Of a stretch of 64,000 bases of DNA, positions 1 through 11,034 are shown one piece after another. A program made the translations under genes and the position numbers. The stretch's first letter is position 1. Each line of letters opens with the position of its first letter. The notes beneath the pieces were generated by a model, which worked only from the letters and a program-made list of their open reading frames with translations, was not told the origin of the DNA and ran no database searches. Origin of the DNA: Pirellulales bacterium (GTDB taxonomy: Bacteria > Planctomycetota > Planctomycetia > Pirellulales > Thermoguttaceae); contig JAFGLH010000185.1 in the NCBI GenBank assembly GCA_016928165.1, forward strand, positions 5,759 through 69,758. Direction: 5' to 3'.

Positions 1-499
1 AATTCGTGCGCGAAACGGTCCCCTCTCCCTTTGGGAGAGGGTTAGGATGAGGGCCATTTTCCCGCGCCCCCCTGCCCTGCCCTGCCCGATCAGACTCCGG
101 TCCCAAGGCCAAGGCCATCTCGGCCACCTCCTCCGATGTCGGCGGCCGGTCGCCGAGCATCCACTTCAAGCCGTTGATCTGCGCGGGATTGTGCGAAGCG
201 GTCACGATCGCGCAGCCCGCGGCGTCCAAACGGAGCTTGGCATAGTGGATCATCGGCGTGGGCAGCAGGCCCAGTTCGACCACGTCCAATCCCGAGTCGC
301 AAAGCCCATCGACCAGCGCGGCCATCAGCGGCGGGGTCGATTCGCGTACGTCCCCGCCGACGACGAACTTCGCCCCTGGTGCCAGTCGCCGCCCCAGCGC
401 CCGGCCCCAAGCCTCGAACATCGGGGCCGTAAGCTCCGTATCGACCTGTCCGCGAATGTCGCAAGGTTTGAAGATGCTCACCGGAAATACTTTTTCCAT
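1..499 (-). CDS. phosphomannomutase/phosphoglucomutase, N-terminal part (runs off the window start)
   Basis: Absent from the ORF track because it has no stop in the window. My translation of the minus strand from ATG at 499 gives MEKVFPVSIFKPCDIRG...GCAIVTASHNPAQINGLKW. It contains the phosphohexomutase active-site loop TASHNP (plus-strand 186-206). GTG at 481 is an alternative start. A palindromic repeat copy (18-54) is read in frame as PHPNPLPKGEGT. Confidence 0.8.
   Translation of the reverse strand, partial: MEKVFPVSIFKPCDIRGQVDTELTAPMFEAWGRALGRRLAPGAKFVVGGDVRESTPPLMAALVDGLCDSGLDVVELGLLPTPMIHYAKLRLDAAGCAIVTASHNPAQINGLKWMLGDRPPTSEEVAEMALALGPESDRAGQGRGARENGPHPNPLPKGEGTVSRTN
18..54. repeat. 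PLP-type palindromic element copy (gtcccctctccctttgggagagggttaggatgagggc)
   Basis: Core palindrome cctctccc-ttt-gggagagg plus a G-rich tail. It matches the other family copies listed below. Confidence 0.8.
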
Positions 500-1209
500 C
501 GCCGGGGACGCGCCAACACGCTAATCGCCAATGTTATGAGAATAACAACAGCGCTTGGCTCGGGCAATTGCGAATCCGGCCGCAAAATGTGATAAAGGCC
601 GTTTTGATCGCTTGAACGAGGCAGTAGTGGATCTATGTCTGGAGAAAGAAACCCGGTTTGAACCGAATCAGTCAAATTGTAGTTGTATGCGACGTTGTTT
701 CCACCCTTGATGAAAAAATCTCCCCAAACCGGCTCGCGATTGCACCAAAAAGACCAGGTCATGTTGAATTCACTACCCGCCAAAGGAACGAATTTAATCC
801 CCCAAACATCCGACGGCATATGGGGATTTCCGGCATTTGCTTTTTGCATTACTATGTCGTCTTCGATGGTCGCTCCCGCGAGTCCCGCGAGGTCGTCGAT
901 ACTCATCGCTTCGGAGCATTCGATTATCAGATGGCTAATAGCGCTCTGCAACGCACCTTCGCCTGAATAAGCTACCGTGTACGTATACTTCCAAGGATAG
1001 CCCTGCCGGGTCTTGTCGTCGTTGGTAACCGACCAGGAAAAAGTGATCGAGTAGTCATCCCACATTTGTCCGACAACCTTAATACCATTAACGGAATCCA
1101 ACTCGGAAGGCGCATAGGTCAAAGAACCGGACAACGTTTCGGCGAATAGAGACGCGCCATCACAAAACATTATCACACTTGCCGACAAAAAAACCACTAT
1201 ACGAACCAT
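478..1209 (-). CDS. secreted PEP-CTERM-anchored protein, function unknown
   Basis: N-terminal signal peptide MVRIVVFLSASVIMFCDGASLFA. C-terminus PEPSAVVILITLAISVLARPRRWKK has the PEP motif, a hydrophobic helix and a basic tail. GAGGAG Shine-Dalgarno sequence upstream. GC is clearly lower than neighbours (23 of 60 nt at 661-720). Confidence 0.75.
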   Translation of the reverse strand: MVRIVVFLSASVIMFCDGASLFAETLSGSLTYAPSELDSVNGIKVVGQMWDDYSITFSWSVTNDDKTRQGYPWKYTYTVAYSGEGALQSAISHLIIECSEAMSIDDLAGLAGATIEDDIVMQKANAGNPHMPSDVWGIKFVPLAGSEFNMTWSFWCNREPVWGDFFIKGGNNVAYNYNLTDSVQTGFLSPDIDPLLPRSSDQNGLYHILRPDSQLPEPSAVVILITLAISVLARPRRWKKYFR

Positions 1210-1461
1210 GTTGCTCCTCGCTGTTTCTCAATGATGTATCAAACGTGCGCAGAATGATTTCCTCGAACAATCAATGTTCGAGAAAACGAAGTTTAGCGGC
1301 AAAGAGATGAAACGGCTCTGTAAAACCGTGTTCTCGATGGCAAAAGCCGTTTAGGCGGGAAACACAAACGGCATTGCAGGCAGTAGCGCTACCTCGGAAA
1401 TGGCTTGAACGTTGCCTAACTTGCGTATTATGACATTCTGAGCAAATAACGTCAATGCCCT

Positions 1462-1632
1462 GTAGAACGTGTTTTGGAATTGAAAAATTAGTCTCCTCTC
1501 CCTTTGGGAGAGGGTTGGGGTAAGGGCCGATCGGCTGAAAAACATCGGAAGTTGACGACGCAATCCAAACAGTCCTCACCCCCGGCCCCTCTCCCAAAGG
1601 GCGAGGGGAGATTTTCAAAACACGTTCTAACC
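1462..1632. repeat. composite MITE-like palindrome: two inverted PLP elements bracketed by short terminal inverted repeats
   Basis: PLP copies lie at 1491-1527 and 1574-1610 in opposite orientation. The outer arms tagaacgtgttttggaattgaaaa (1463-1486) and ttttcaaaacacgttcta (1612-1629) are imperfect reverse complements. The track ORFs 1271..1618 and 1351..1563 are translations of this repeat. Confidence 0.6.
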
Positions 1633-1724
1633 GGGCAAATCTTCCACCATTGATCGGACATCCTACATCAACTAATGTATATGGATATTACCGTCTATGG
1701 AAGCATCCGGCAGGAGCAACGCGC

Positions 1725-2807
1725 ATGACAACGCCCACCACCCCCCAAATTAGTCCCGAGGAGGCGGTCCGGCGAATCGCCCAGGCACGCGAGGCGCTGG
1801 TCGGCGAGGTCCATAAGGCAATCATCGGCCAAGATGAGATGATCGAGCAGATGTTGATCTGCCTCTTCGCCCGCGGACATTGCCTGACGATCGGCGTGCC
1901 GGGCCTGGCCAAGACATTGACCGTCTCGACGCTGTCCCAGGCGTTGCACCTGAAGTTCGCGCGGATTCAATTCACTCCCGACCTGATGCCCAGCGACATC
2001 ACGGGCACGGAGATCATCGACCAGGACCCGGCGGGCGGTCAGCGGAGCTTTCGCTTCGTGCGCGGACCGGTCTTTTGCAACATCTTGCTGGCCGACGAGA
2101 TCAACCGCACTCCGCCCAAGACGCAGGCGGCGTTGTTGCAGGCGATGCAGGAGCGGGAAATCACCATCGCCGGCAACACCTATCCGCTCGCGCCGCCGTT
2201 TTTCGTGATGGCCACGCAAAACCCGATCGAACAAGAAGGCACCTACCCGTTGCCCGAGGCGCAGTTGGACCGTTTCATGCTCTCGATCAACATCGGCTAT
2301 CCGACCCGCGCCGAGGAGCGGGAGATCGTCGTGGCGACCACACAAACGGCCCGGCCCGAGGTCCGCCCCGTATTGCACGGCCAGGACGTGCTTTGGGCAC
2401 AAGAGTTAGTCCGCCAGGTGCCGGCCAGCCGTCACGTGGTCGATTACGCGGTCGATCTGGCCAGGGCCACGCGGCCCAAGGAGCCGCCAAGCCCCGATTT
2501 CGTCAAGAACTGGCTGGCCTGGGGTGCCGGGCCGCGGGCCGCGCAGTTCATGGTCCTCGGCGCGAAGGCCCGGGCGATACTCCACGGACGCTTCGCCGTC
2601 TCGGCCGACGACATTCGCGCAATGGCCTATCCGGTGTTGCGCCATCGGCTGTTCACCAACTTCAACGCCGACGCCGAAGGAATCGACGTGGACCAGGTGA
2701 TTGAGAAGATATTGCAAACCGTTGCCGAGCCGAACTATGGCGAGTCGCTGCCGACGAAGTCGTCGGATACCGTTCGCCAGCCCCTCCCTCCGCCTCCGGG
2801 AGGATGA
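1725..2807 (+). CDS. moxR: MoxR-family AAA+ ATPase
   Basis: IIGQDEMIEQMLICLFARGHCLTIGVPGLAKT (Walker A), LLADEINR (Walker B), and a typical MoxR C-terminal region. Start moved to ATG 1725 (MTTPTTPQ), internal to track ORF 1650..2807. Confidence 0.9.
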   Translation: MTTPTTPQISPEEAVRRIAQAREALVGEVHKAIIGQDEMIEQMLICLFARGHCLTIGVPGLAKTLTVSTLSQALHLKFARIQFTPDLMPSDITGTEIIDQDPAGGQRSFRFVRGPVFCNILLADEINRTPPKTQAALLQAMQEREITIAGNTYPLAPPFFVMATQNPIEQEGTYPLPEAQLDRFMLSINIGYPTRAEEREIVVATTQTARPEVRPVLHGQDVLWAQELVRQVPASRHVVDYAVDLARATRPKEPPSPDFVKNWLAWGAGPRAAQFMVLGAKARAILHGRFAVSADDIRAMAYPVLRHRLFTNFNADAEGIDVDQVIEKILQTVAEPNYGESLPTKSSDTVRQPLPPPPGG

Positions 2808-2858
2808 ATCGTTCATGGCGTTCCGTTTAGCGCCTGCAAGACCATCGTCTTGTGCGGC

Positions 2859-2929
2859 GGTGAAGGGGACAGGCACATTTTTCGCCCTTGAAAGGGCGAA
2901 AAATGAGCCAGTCCCCGGCCCGTGAACGG
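2859..2929 (+). repeat. 70-nt repeat family copy A (ggtgaaggggacaggcacatttttcgcccttgaaagggcgaaaaatgagccagtccccggcccgtgaacgg)
   Basis: Near-identical to 47895-47970 (same orientation) and to the reverse complement of 49585-49653. Contains the hairpin ttttcgccc-ttgaaa-gggcgaaaa. Sits between the convergent moxR and batA-like genes. Confidence 0.8.
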
Positions 2930-2982
2930 CTGCTTAGCTTCCCATCTTTTCAACTATACCATATTGTGCCGGAGCGACGACT

Positions 2983-5136
2983 CTATTGCAACCCCGATCG
3001 CCTCTTCGCGCCGAAGCGATTGGAAATCAAAGTCTCGAAGACCAGGGCGATCAACACGACCGAGAGAAGCGGTCCCCACAAACCCTTCCCCTCGCGAAGC
3101 CGGACGAAGGCGGCGGAAAGATCGTCCGGGTCGGCGGCGGCCAGCATCGGCGCGCCGTCGAGCAACGACTCCAATTCCGCCGGTTCGATTTTCATCGGGT
3201 CGGCCTCGGCCGGATCGAAATTGACCGCGAAGGCCGCCTCGCTCGGAACCGCCGCGCCGGGAATACGCAACTCATATATTCCGACGTCAAACGTGTTCGC
3301 GTAGTTGAACCGGCCGGTTGCGGTCAACCGCAGCATCGCGCCGTCGGGCGGGACAAGCTCGACTTCTCGCGGTTCGCCGGAGTCGTCGAGCCGATACTGC
3401 AACGGTTGTCCGGCGATCAGATCGCCGCCGGGGCGACCCGACTCCGCCAAATGAAAGGCAAGCTGGACCACCAGCGGCATGAAGATGGGCCGCAAGGGAA
3501 GGTTCGACCAATCGACCGTCGCGGCGATGCCCAGCATCAGCGTTCGCCCCTCGCCCACGCCGCGCTCGACCAGCAGCGGCTCGCCGTCGTCGAGCCGGGC
3601 CAATACGCGGGCGAGACCCTTTTCGACCGACATGCCCACGCGGCGATAGACCAAAATCGACTCGTACAAAGAAGCCGGATCGACCAGATTCTTCAAGGGC
3701 GGATACTTCGCGTCCAAGAATCCGACCCGCCAACTGTCGCGGCCCTCGCCGGCAACAATCCGGCGAAGGCTAGTCAGCGGCGAGGGCAGCAGCCGCCCTG
3801 CGGCCGATAGATTCATCCGATTGTATGCTTCCGGATCGACGTTTCCGCCACAAAGCCAGACGAGATTTCCGCCGTCGGATACATAGTCGGCGAGCCGGCC
3901 GGCCGTCTCAACGTCGAGCGCCGGCAGGTTCACGCAGAACAGCGCTTTATATTTCCCCAACGGTTCGCCGACCAATTCTCCGGCCGTAAGCGAGGCGACG
4001 TCGAACCCTCCGGCGGAGGCCAAGGCTCGATGCAGATAAAACGCGTCGTCGAGGTAGGGAATTTCGTGCCGCCGCGCGACGACCACCGCCACGGGAATAT
4101 TCCCGGCGACATTGACGACGAAAAAGCGGCGGTCGTCGTATGCCGAGCCGTCCTCGCCGACCAGGCGTGCTTCGCCGCGGTGCGGGCCAGGCCCTTGAAA
4201 CGACGCAGTGAAGTCGTGTTTCGCTCGTCCGCCGGGCGGGAGGGTTAACTGAGGACTGCTCGCCCGCTTTTCTCCATCCAGGACCAGTTCGACCAGCCGT
4301 TGTTGTTCGACCGCCGAGACATTGGCGACAGTGACGACGACTTTCATCGGCAGTCCGGCCAATCGCACTGAAGAATCAAGCTCGATCCGCTCGACGGCCG
4401 CGTTCGGTTTCGGGACTCGGTTGCAATCGACGAGGACAACGAGCGGCTTGTGTTCAGCGGCCGACGACACGTCGGCCCCGGGGGCGAAAGTCGTCGTGCC
4501 GGCGGCCGCCTGACGGCCATCCCCCAACCACGATACCCGCTGCATGTCCGTCAAGACGTATATCTGTTTGTTGGGGGCGTCTGCTTCGGCCAATAACGCT
4601 TGGGCTTGCCGCAATTTCAAGACAAGATTTGCTTTTTGGTAGCCGACGCGGCATTGCTGGAGGATTTCGCGGACCGCATGCTGCGTGCTATCCAGCTTGG
4701 CCGGTTCGGCCGCCGTCGGTCCGCAAGCCGGCAGCAAGGCGACCTGGTCTCCTTCGCCCAGTTGATCGAGGATTCGCCCCGCGGCCGCCGCCGCCGTATC
4801 CAGCCGGACGCGGTCCCGGTCGATCGCGCCCATGCTCGCCGAGTTGTCCAGCACGATCGCCGCGGCCGTCCGTCCCTCGCCCCAGAGCGAGCCGACGCCG
4901 GTCAAAGCGGGCCGGGCCAGGGCGACGGCCAGAAGCGCCAAGACGGCCGCGCGGAGGACCAGCAACAGCAGGTCTTGCAGCCGCTTCCGCCGCCGTGTTT
5001 TCTCCACGCTGAGCTTGAGGAAGCGGAGCGTGGGAAACGGCGCCTCTTTCGCCCGGCGGCGATTGACCATGTGCAGCACGACCGGAATCGCTGCCGCCAT
5101 CGCGGCCAACAGGAACAGCGGCGCGGCGAACGTCAT
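2983..5136 (-). CDS. BatA-like membrane protein with N-terminal double-TM domain and vWA domain
   Basis: N-terminus MTFAAPLFLLAAMAAAIPVVLHMVNRRRAKEAPFPTLRFL matches the BatA/aerotolerance N-terminal domain. MIDAS-like DNSAS motif (VLDNSASMG). C-terminal TM helix. ATGA overlap with the upstream DUF58 gene. Confidence 0.8.
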   Translation of the reverse strand: MTFAAPLFLLAAMAAAIPVVLHMVNRRRAKEAPFPTLRFLKLSVEKTRRRKRLQDLLLLVLRAAVLALLAVALARPALTGVGSLWGEGRTAAAIVLDNSASMGAIDRDRVRLDTAAAAAGRILDQLGEGDQVALLPACGPTAAEPAKLDSTQHAVREILQQCRVGYQKANLVLKLRQAQALLAEADAPNKQIYVLTDMQRVSWLGDGRQAAAGTTTFAPGADVSSAAEHKPLVVLVDCNRVPKPNAAVERIELDSSVRLAGLPMKVVVTVANVSAVEQQRLVELVLDGEKRASSPQLTLPPGGRAKHDFTASFQGPGPHRGEARLVGEDGSAYDDRRFFVVNVAGNIPVAVVVARRHEIPYLDDAFYLHRALASAGGFDVASLTAGELVGEPLGKYKALFCVNLPALDVETAGRLADYVSDGGNLVWLCGGNVDPEAYNRMNLSAAGRLLPSPLTSLRRIVAGEGRDSWRVGFLDAKYPPLKNLVDPASLYESILVYRRVGMSVEKGLARVLARLDDGEPLLVERGVGEGRTLMLGIAATVDWSNLPLRPIFMPLVVQLAFHLAESGRPGGDLIAGQPLQYRLDDSGEPREVELVPPDGAMLRLTATGRFNYANTFDVGIYELRIPGAAVPSEAAFAVNFDPAEADPMKIEPAELESLLDGAPMLAAADPDDLSAAFVRLREGKGLWGPLLSVVLIALVFETLISNRFGAKRRSGLQ

Positions 5137-6026
5137 AGGCGGCTCCGTGTGGCGATGTATCGTGAAAGGAGAAAGTCGTACGGCGTCGAGGTGTCGGCCG
5201 AAACGAAGTCGATCCGCGCCTCGGCGCAGGCGCGGCGGTACGTCTCGATGAACGCCTTGATTTGAGCGAGATACTCGTCGCGGGCGTAGACCGGATCGAC
5301 TTCGATGCGCCCGCCCGATTCCAGGTCGCGGAAGGCGGTCGTCTCGCTAAAGGGAAACTCGATCTCGCCCCGGTCGAGCACGTGGAAGACCACCACCTCG
5401 TGGCGGCGGTGGCGAAAGTGGTGCAGCGCCTTGACGATCTCCTCCGGCCGGCCGTAGAGATCGCTTATCAACACGATCAGGCCGCGGCGCTTCGAGCGGT
5501 CGGCAACCCTGTGCAGCGTTTCGGCGACGTCGGTTTCTCCGGCAGCTTCGATCCTTTCGAGCCGCTCCATCATCTCGTTGAAGTGGCGCGGAGTACTGCG
5601 AGCGGGCATGTCGAGCCGTATCCGAGAGTCGAATACCGTCAGGCCGACCGCGTCTTGCTGGCGAATCATCAGGTAGGCGAGCACGGCGGTCAGATAACAG
5701 CCGTATTGCAGCTTGCCGAAGTCGCCCGCGAGGCCGTAGCCCATCGAACCGCTGGCGTCCAAAAGAATCCGGACCCGCATGTTCGTCTCTTCCTCATACT
5801 GCTTGACGTAGAGGCGGTCGGTGCGTCCCAACATGCGATAATCGAGCCGCCGGGGGTCGTCTCCGGGCGCGTACTCGCGGTGCTCGGCGAACTCGGCGCT
5901 GAACCCCTTGTAGGGGCTGGAATGCAAGCCGCTGATGAATCCCTCGACGACCCCGCGTGCGACGAGCGAGAGATTTTTCACCCGCGCGAGGGCCTGCGGT
6001 TCGAGGAATCGGTAGCCGGATTGCAT
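5133..6026 (-). CDS. DUF58 family protein (vWA-like, MoxR partner)
   Basis: SSPYKGFSAEFAEHREYAPGDDPRRLDYR and LLDASGSMGY are typical of DUF58 proteins. Translationally coupled to the BatA-like gene. Confidence 0.85.
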   Translation of the reverse strand: MQSGYRFLEPQALARVKNLSLVARGVVEGFISGLHSSPYKGFSAEFAEHREYAPGDDPRRLDYRMLGRTDRLYVKQYEEETNMRVRILLDASGSMGYGLAGDFGKLQYGCYLTAVLAYLMIRQQDAVGLTVFDSRIRLDMPARSTPRHFNEMMERLERIEAAGETDVAETLHRVADRSKRRGLIVLISDLYGRPEEIVKALHHFRHRRHEVVVFHVLDRGEIEFPFSETTAFRDLESGGRIEVDPVYARDEYLAQIKAFIETYRRACAEARIDFVSADTSTPYDFLLSRYIATRSRL

Positions 6027-6205
6027 GGAGGCGTTTACCTCATTTTATTGGAGTTTGATCCATTTCCGCCCGAATGGCAACCGATTCGTCGCCAAGAGCG
6101 GAATAATCGGAATTCGCCGCCCCGATTTATCCTATATTGTTGACATCCGGCGGGAAGGCGGTTACTCTAGGTAAGTGTAGGGGTAGCATCGGTTTAAGGA
6201 TAATT

Positions 6206-7924
6206 ATGGCCGCCAAACGCAAGAGCGATTACACGGAAATCCTCATCCGCCGGGGCATCGTCGGCGCCGACCAACTGGCCGAGGCCCAGCAGATGGTCGC
6301 CGAACAGGGCATTAACCTCTCCGACGCCCTGATCCGGCTGGGATATACCACCGGCGAAGAGGTTATGAGGGCGATGGCCGAGCAACACGGCCTGGATTAC
6401 GTCAATCTCAACGAAGTCTCCATCCCGCCGTCGGTCGTGGAATTGGTGCCCGAGTCGGTGGCGCGGGAAAACGTCACTATCCCCTTCGAGGAGTCCGATG
6501 GCAAACTGACGGTGATCGTCAGCGACCCGATGGACTACGACACCTTCGACAAACTGCGGTTCATCCTCAACCGCCAGATCGAGATTGCCTTGGCTCCCCG
6601 CGAGGCAATCCTCGAGGCCATCAACCGCCATTACGGCCAGACGGTCGGCGAGAGCGCCGACTCGATGCTCCAAGAGTTCACCGACACGGCGATCGACTTC
6701 ACCGAAACGATGCAGGAGACCGAGGCCGGCGAGGAGGAAGTCGATGAAAGCAGCGCGCCGGTCGTAAGGCTAGTGCAACTGATCATCACCGAGGCGGTGC
6801 AACTCCGAGCCTCCGACATCCACATCGAGCCTTTCGAGGACCGCATCCGGGTCAGATACCGAATCGACGGCGTCCTGATCGAACGAGACAGCCCCCCCAG
6901 ACGGTTGCTCGGGGCAATCCTTTCGCGGATCAAAATCCTCTCCAAACTCGACATCGCCGAGCGGCGGAGGACGCAAGACGGAAGAATCAAAATCTCCGTC
7001 GGCGAAAAGGAACTCGACCTGCGCGTCAGCGTCATTCCGACCAGCCACGGCCAATCGGTGGTAATGCGCATCCTCGACAAGGAAAGCATCAAGGTGGGGT
7101 TGAGGCAACTCGGCTTCTCGGACGAAGACTACCTGAAAGTCCGAGGACTCATCCAGCGCCCCAACGGAATCATCCTAGTGACCGGCCCGACCGGCTCGGG
7201 CAAGACGACCTCGCTCTATGCCGCGCTTAACGAACTGAATACGCCGGACAGGAAAATTATTACGGCGGAGGATCCGGTCGAATACTACCTTCAGGGGATA
7301 AACCAGGTAGAAATACGCCACGAAATCGGGCTGGATTTTGCGCGAGTGATCCGCGCGATGCTGCGTCAGGCCCCGAATGTTATTTTGGTCGGCGAGATGC
7401 GCGATTTGGAGACGGCGCAGATGGGAATACAGGCATCTTTGACTGGACACTTAGTTTTCAGTACACTACATACGAACGATTCGCCCGGTGCCATTACACG
7501 CTTGATAGACATGGGTGTTCCAGCTTACCTCGTGTCCAGCAGCGTCGTCGCCATCATGGCACAGCGTCTTGTTAGAGTAGTTTGTCAAAAATGCAAGCAC
7601 CAATATACCCCTCCAGACTCAATGATCGAAGCCGCCGGGATCACTCCAGAAATGGCGTCCAAGGCCAACTTCGTAAAAGGGGGAGGGTGTGGAAACTGCC
7701 AAGGAAGCGGTTTCCGAGGCCGTTTGGGAATATTCGAACTGATGCTCATGTCGCCGAAAATTCGAGAGCTTACCTTCAACGCCTCGCCAACCGAAGAGAT
7801 CAGACGCGTTGCCGTCGGAGAGGGGATGAAAACCCTCTATTGGGACGGAATTGATAAGGTTTTACGCGGTGTTACCACGCTAGCGGAGGTGCTGCGAGTG
7901 GCCAAAAGATCCGAATCCGGATAG
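6206..7924 (+). CDS. gspE: GspE/PilB-type secretion/pilus assembly ATPase, copy 1
   Basis: T2SSE_N-like N-domain, Walker A GPTGSGKTT, Asp and His boxes, and the tetracysteine CQKC...CGNC motif. Start moved to ATG 6206 (MAAKRKSDY). The 3 prime part from about 7430 has lower GC (50 of 100 nt at 7441-7540 against 59 of 100 at 7001-7100). Confidence 0.9.
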   Translation: MAAKRKSDYTEILIRRGIVGADQLAEAQQMVAEQGINLSDALIRLGYTTGEEVMRAMAEQHGLDYVNLNEVSIPPSVVELVPESVARENVTIPFEESDGKLTVIVSDPMDYDTFDKLRFILNRQIEIALAPREAILEAINRHYGQTVGESADSMLQEFTDTAIDFTETMQETEAGEEEVDESSAPVVRLVQLIITEAVQLRASDIHIEPFEDRIRVRYRIDGVLIERDSPPRRLLGAILSRIKILSKLDIAERRRTQDGRIKISVGEKELDLRVSVIPTSHGQSVVMRILDKESIKVGLRQLGFSDEDYLKVRGLIQRPNGIILVTGPTGSGKTTSLYAALNELNTPDRKIITAEDPVEYYLQGINQVEIRHEIGLDFARVIRAMLRQAPNVILVGEMRDLETAQMGIQASLTGHLVFSTLHTNDSPGAITRLIDMGVPAYLVSSSVVAIMAQRLVRVVCQKCKHQYTPPDSMIEAAGITPEMASKANFVKGGGCGNCQGSGFRGRLGIFELMLMSPKIRELTFNASPTEEIRRVAVGEGMKTLYWDGIDKVLRGVTTLAEVLRVAKRSESG

Positions 7925-8069
7925 ACCAATCGTTGGTCAAATATCGGCCGTTCACGAATAATCTTAGTGAAACCAGAACCGGCATAAGCGGAATTGCGGC
8001 GAGAGAAGAGGCCTCTTTGCCCCCCGAATGCCGGCATTATACTTTTTTACGCGGGGAAGACGTTGTTCC

Positions 8070-9212
8070 ATGGCAAGCATACTCATTGACAAACTGTTGC
8101 AGACGGTCGTCAACCGCAACGCCAGCGACTTGCACATAGCGGTCGGTCAACCGCCGGTGATCCGCGTCGACGGGCACTTGGTCAGGCTGGAGACGAAAGT
8201 CTTGACCCCCGAAGACACGATGTCGCTGATGAAGAGCATCACGCCCGAGCGCTGCCAGCAAGAGTTGCAGGAGGTGGGCGGTTCCGACTATGGTTTCGCA
8301 TTCGGAGACAAGGGTCGGTTCCGCGTTTCCATTTTCAAGGAGCGCGGCAACGTGGCCATCGCCCTGCGGTTGATTCCCGCCCGGCTGATGGACTTCAAGG
8401 AGTTGGGCACTCCGCCGGTGTTGGCGGACCTATGCACGCGCCCCCGCGGATTGATCCTGGTCACCGGGCCGACGGGTTCCGGAAAGACCACCACGCTGGC
8501 GGCGATGATCGACTATATCAATATAAATTTCGACCACCACATCATCACCGTCGAGGACCCGATCGAGTTTTACCATACGCACAAGAAATCGACGATCAAT
8601 CAGCGCGAGTTGGGCGTGGACGTGCCCTCGTTCGCCGAGGCGGTCCGCCGCGCCTTGCGTCAGGACCCGGACGTGATCCTGGTGGGCGAGATGCGCGACC
8701 TGGAAACGATCGAGACGGCGATCACGGCGGCCGAAACCGGCCACATCGTCTTCGGCACCCTTCACACCACCGGCGCGCAGGGTTCGGTAAACCGCATTAT
8801 CGACGTCTTTCCCGTGACGCAGCAGGAGCAGATCCGCACCCAGTTGTCCGTGGCCATCATCGGCATCCTTTCGCAGACGCTGCTGCCGAAGATCGGCGGC
8901 GGCCGGATAGCGGCCTACGAAATGCTGGTCGTCACCCCGGCCATCGCCAACCTGATCCGCGAAAACAAAACCTTCCGCATCACGTCCGCCATCCAGACGG
9001 GTCAGAAGTTGGGCATGCAGTTGTTGGACGACCACATGTTCAAACTGTGGAAGGACGGGCTTGTCGAAAAGAGGGACATTTTGCTCAAGGCCCATGCGGT
9101 TGACGAGTTGCAAAACAAGATCGCCCGGGCCGAGCGTGGGATGTTCGAGGACGAAGGCGAGGCCCGCGAAAGGGGCGAAAGAGGCGAGGGCGAGAAGGTC
9201 TTGAAGGAGTAA
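8070..9212 (+). CDS. pilT: PilT-type twitching/retraction ATPase
   Basis: ASDLHIAVGQPPVIRVDG, GPTGSGKTT, the PilT signature AIANLIRENK, about 380 aa, no N-terminal GspE domain. Start at ATG 8070 (MASILIDKLL). Confidence 0.9.
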   Translation: MASILIDKLLQTVVNRNASDLHIAVGQPPVIRVDGHLVRLETKVLTPEDTMSLMKSITPERCQQELQEVGGSDYGFAFGDKGRFRVSIFKERGNVAIALRLIPARLMDFKELGTPPVLADLCTRPRGLILVTGPTGSGKTTTLAAMIDYININFDHHIITVEDPIEFYHTHKKSTINQRELGVDVPSFAEAVRRALRQDPDVILVGEMRDLETIETAITAAETGHIVFGTLHTTGAQGSVNRIIDVFPVTQQEQIRTQLSVAIIGILSQTLLPKIGGGRIAAYEMLVVTPAIANLIRENKTFRITSAIQTGQKLGMQLLDDHMFKLWKDGLVEKRDILLKAHAVDELQNKIARAERGMFEDEGEARERGERGEGEKVLKE

Positions 9213-9215
9213 ACC

Positions 9216-10933
<1,718 letters not shown>

Positions 10934-10934
<1 letters not shown>

Positions 10935-10990
10935 TGGAGAGTGGAGAGTGGAGAGTGGAGGGAAACGCCCCGCGACTGCGGTCGCGGGGG
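10934..10990. repeat. (GTGGAGA)n tandem array followed by GC hairpin cgccccgcgac-tgc-gtcgcggggg
   Basis: Read directly from the sequence, immediately after the gspE2 stop. Related hairpins occur at 12381-12407 and 14927-14951. Confidence 0.8.
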
Positions 10991-11034
10991 TATAGCGCAA
11001 CAGCCGCTTGCGGCTTCGCATAAGGAATAGAGCC

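Noticed and set aside
47-592. A 181-aa plus-strand ORF and a 124-aa minus-strand ORF at the window start
   Set aside because: The same DNA encodes, in a third frame on the minus strand, a phosphohexomutase N-terminus with the TASHNP active-site loop. That real gene is missing from the track only because it lacks a stop in the window.
1271-1618. A 115-aa and a 70-aa minus-strand ORF in the spacer before moxR
   Set aside because: Both are largely translations of the two inverted PLP elements (RPLGEGPGVRT, PTLSQRERR). They have no start context and no homology signal.
1725-6026. A convergent rather than co-directional arrangement of moxR with the DUF58 and BatA-like genes
   Set aside because: The gene set is the ordinary MoxR / DUF58 / vWA (Bat-type) association. 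The orientation difference alone is not enough to call it unusual.
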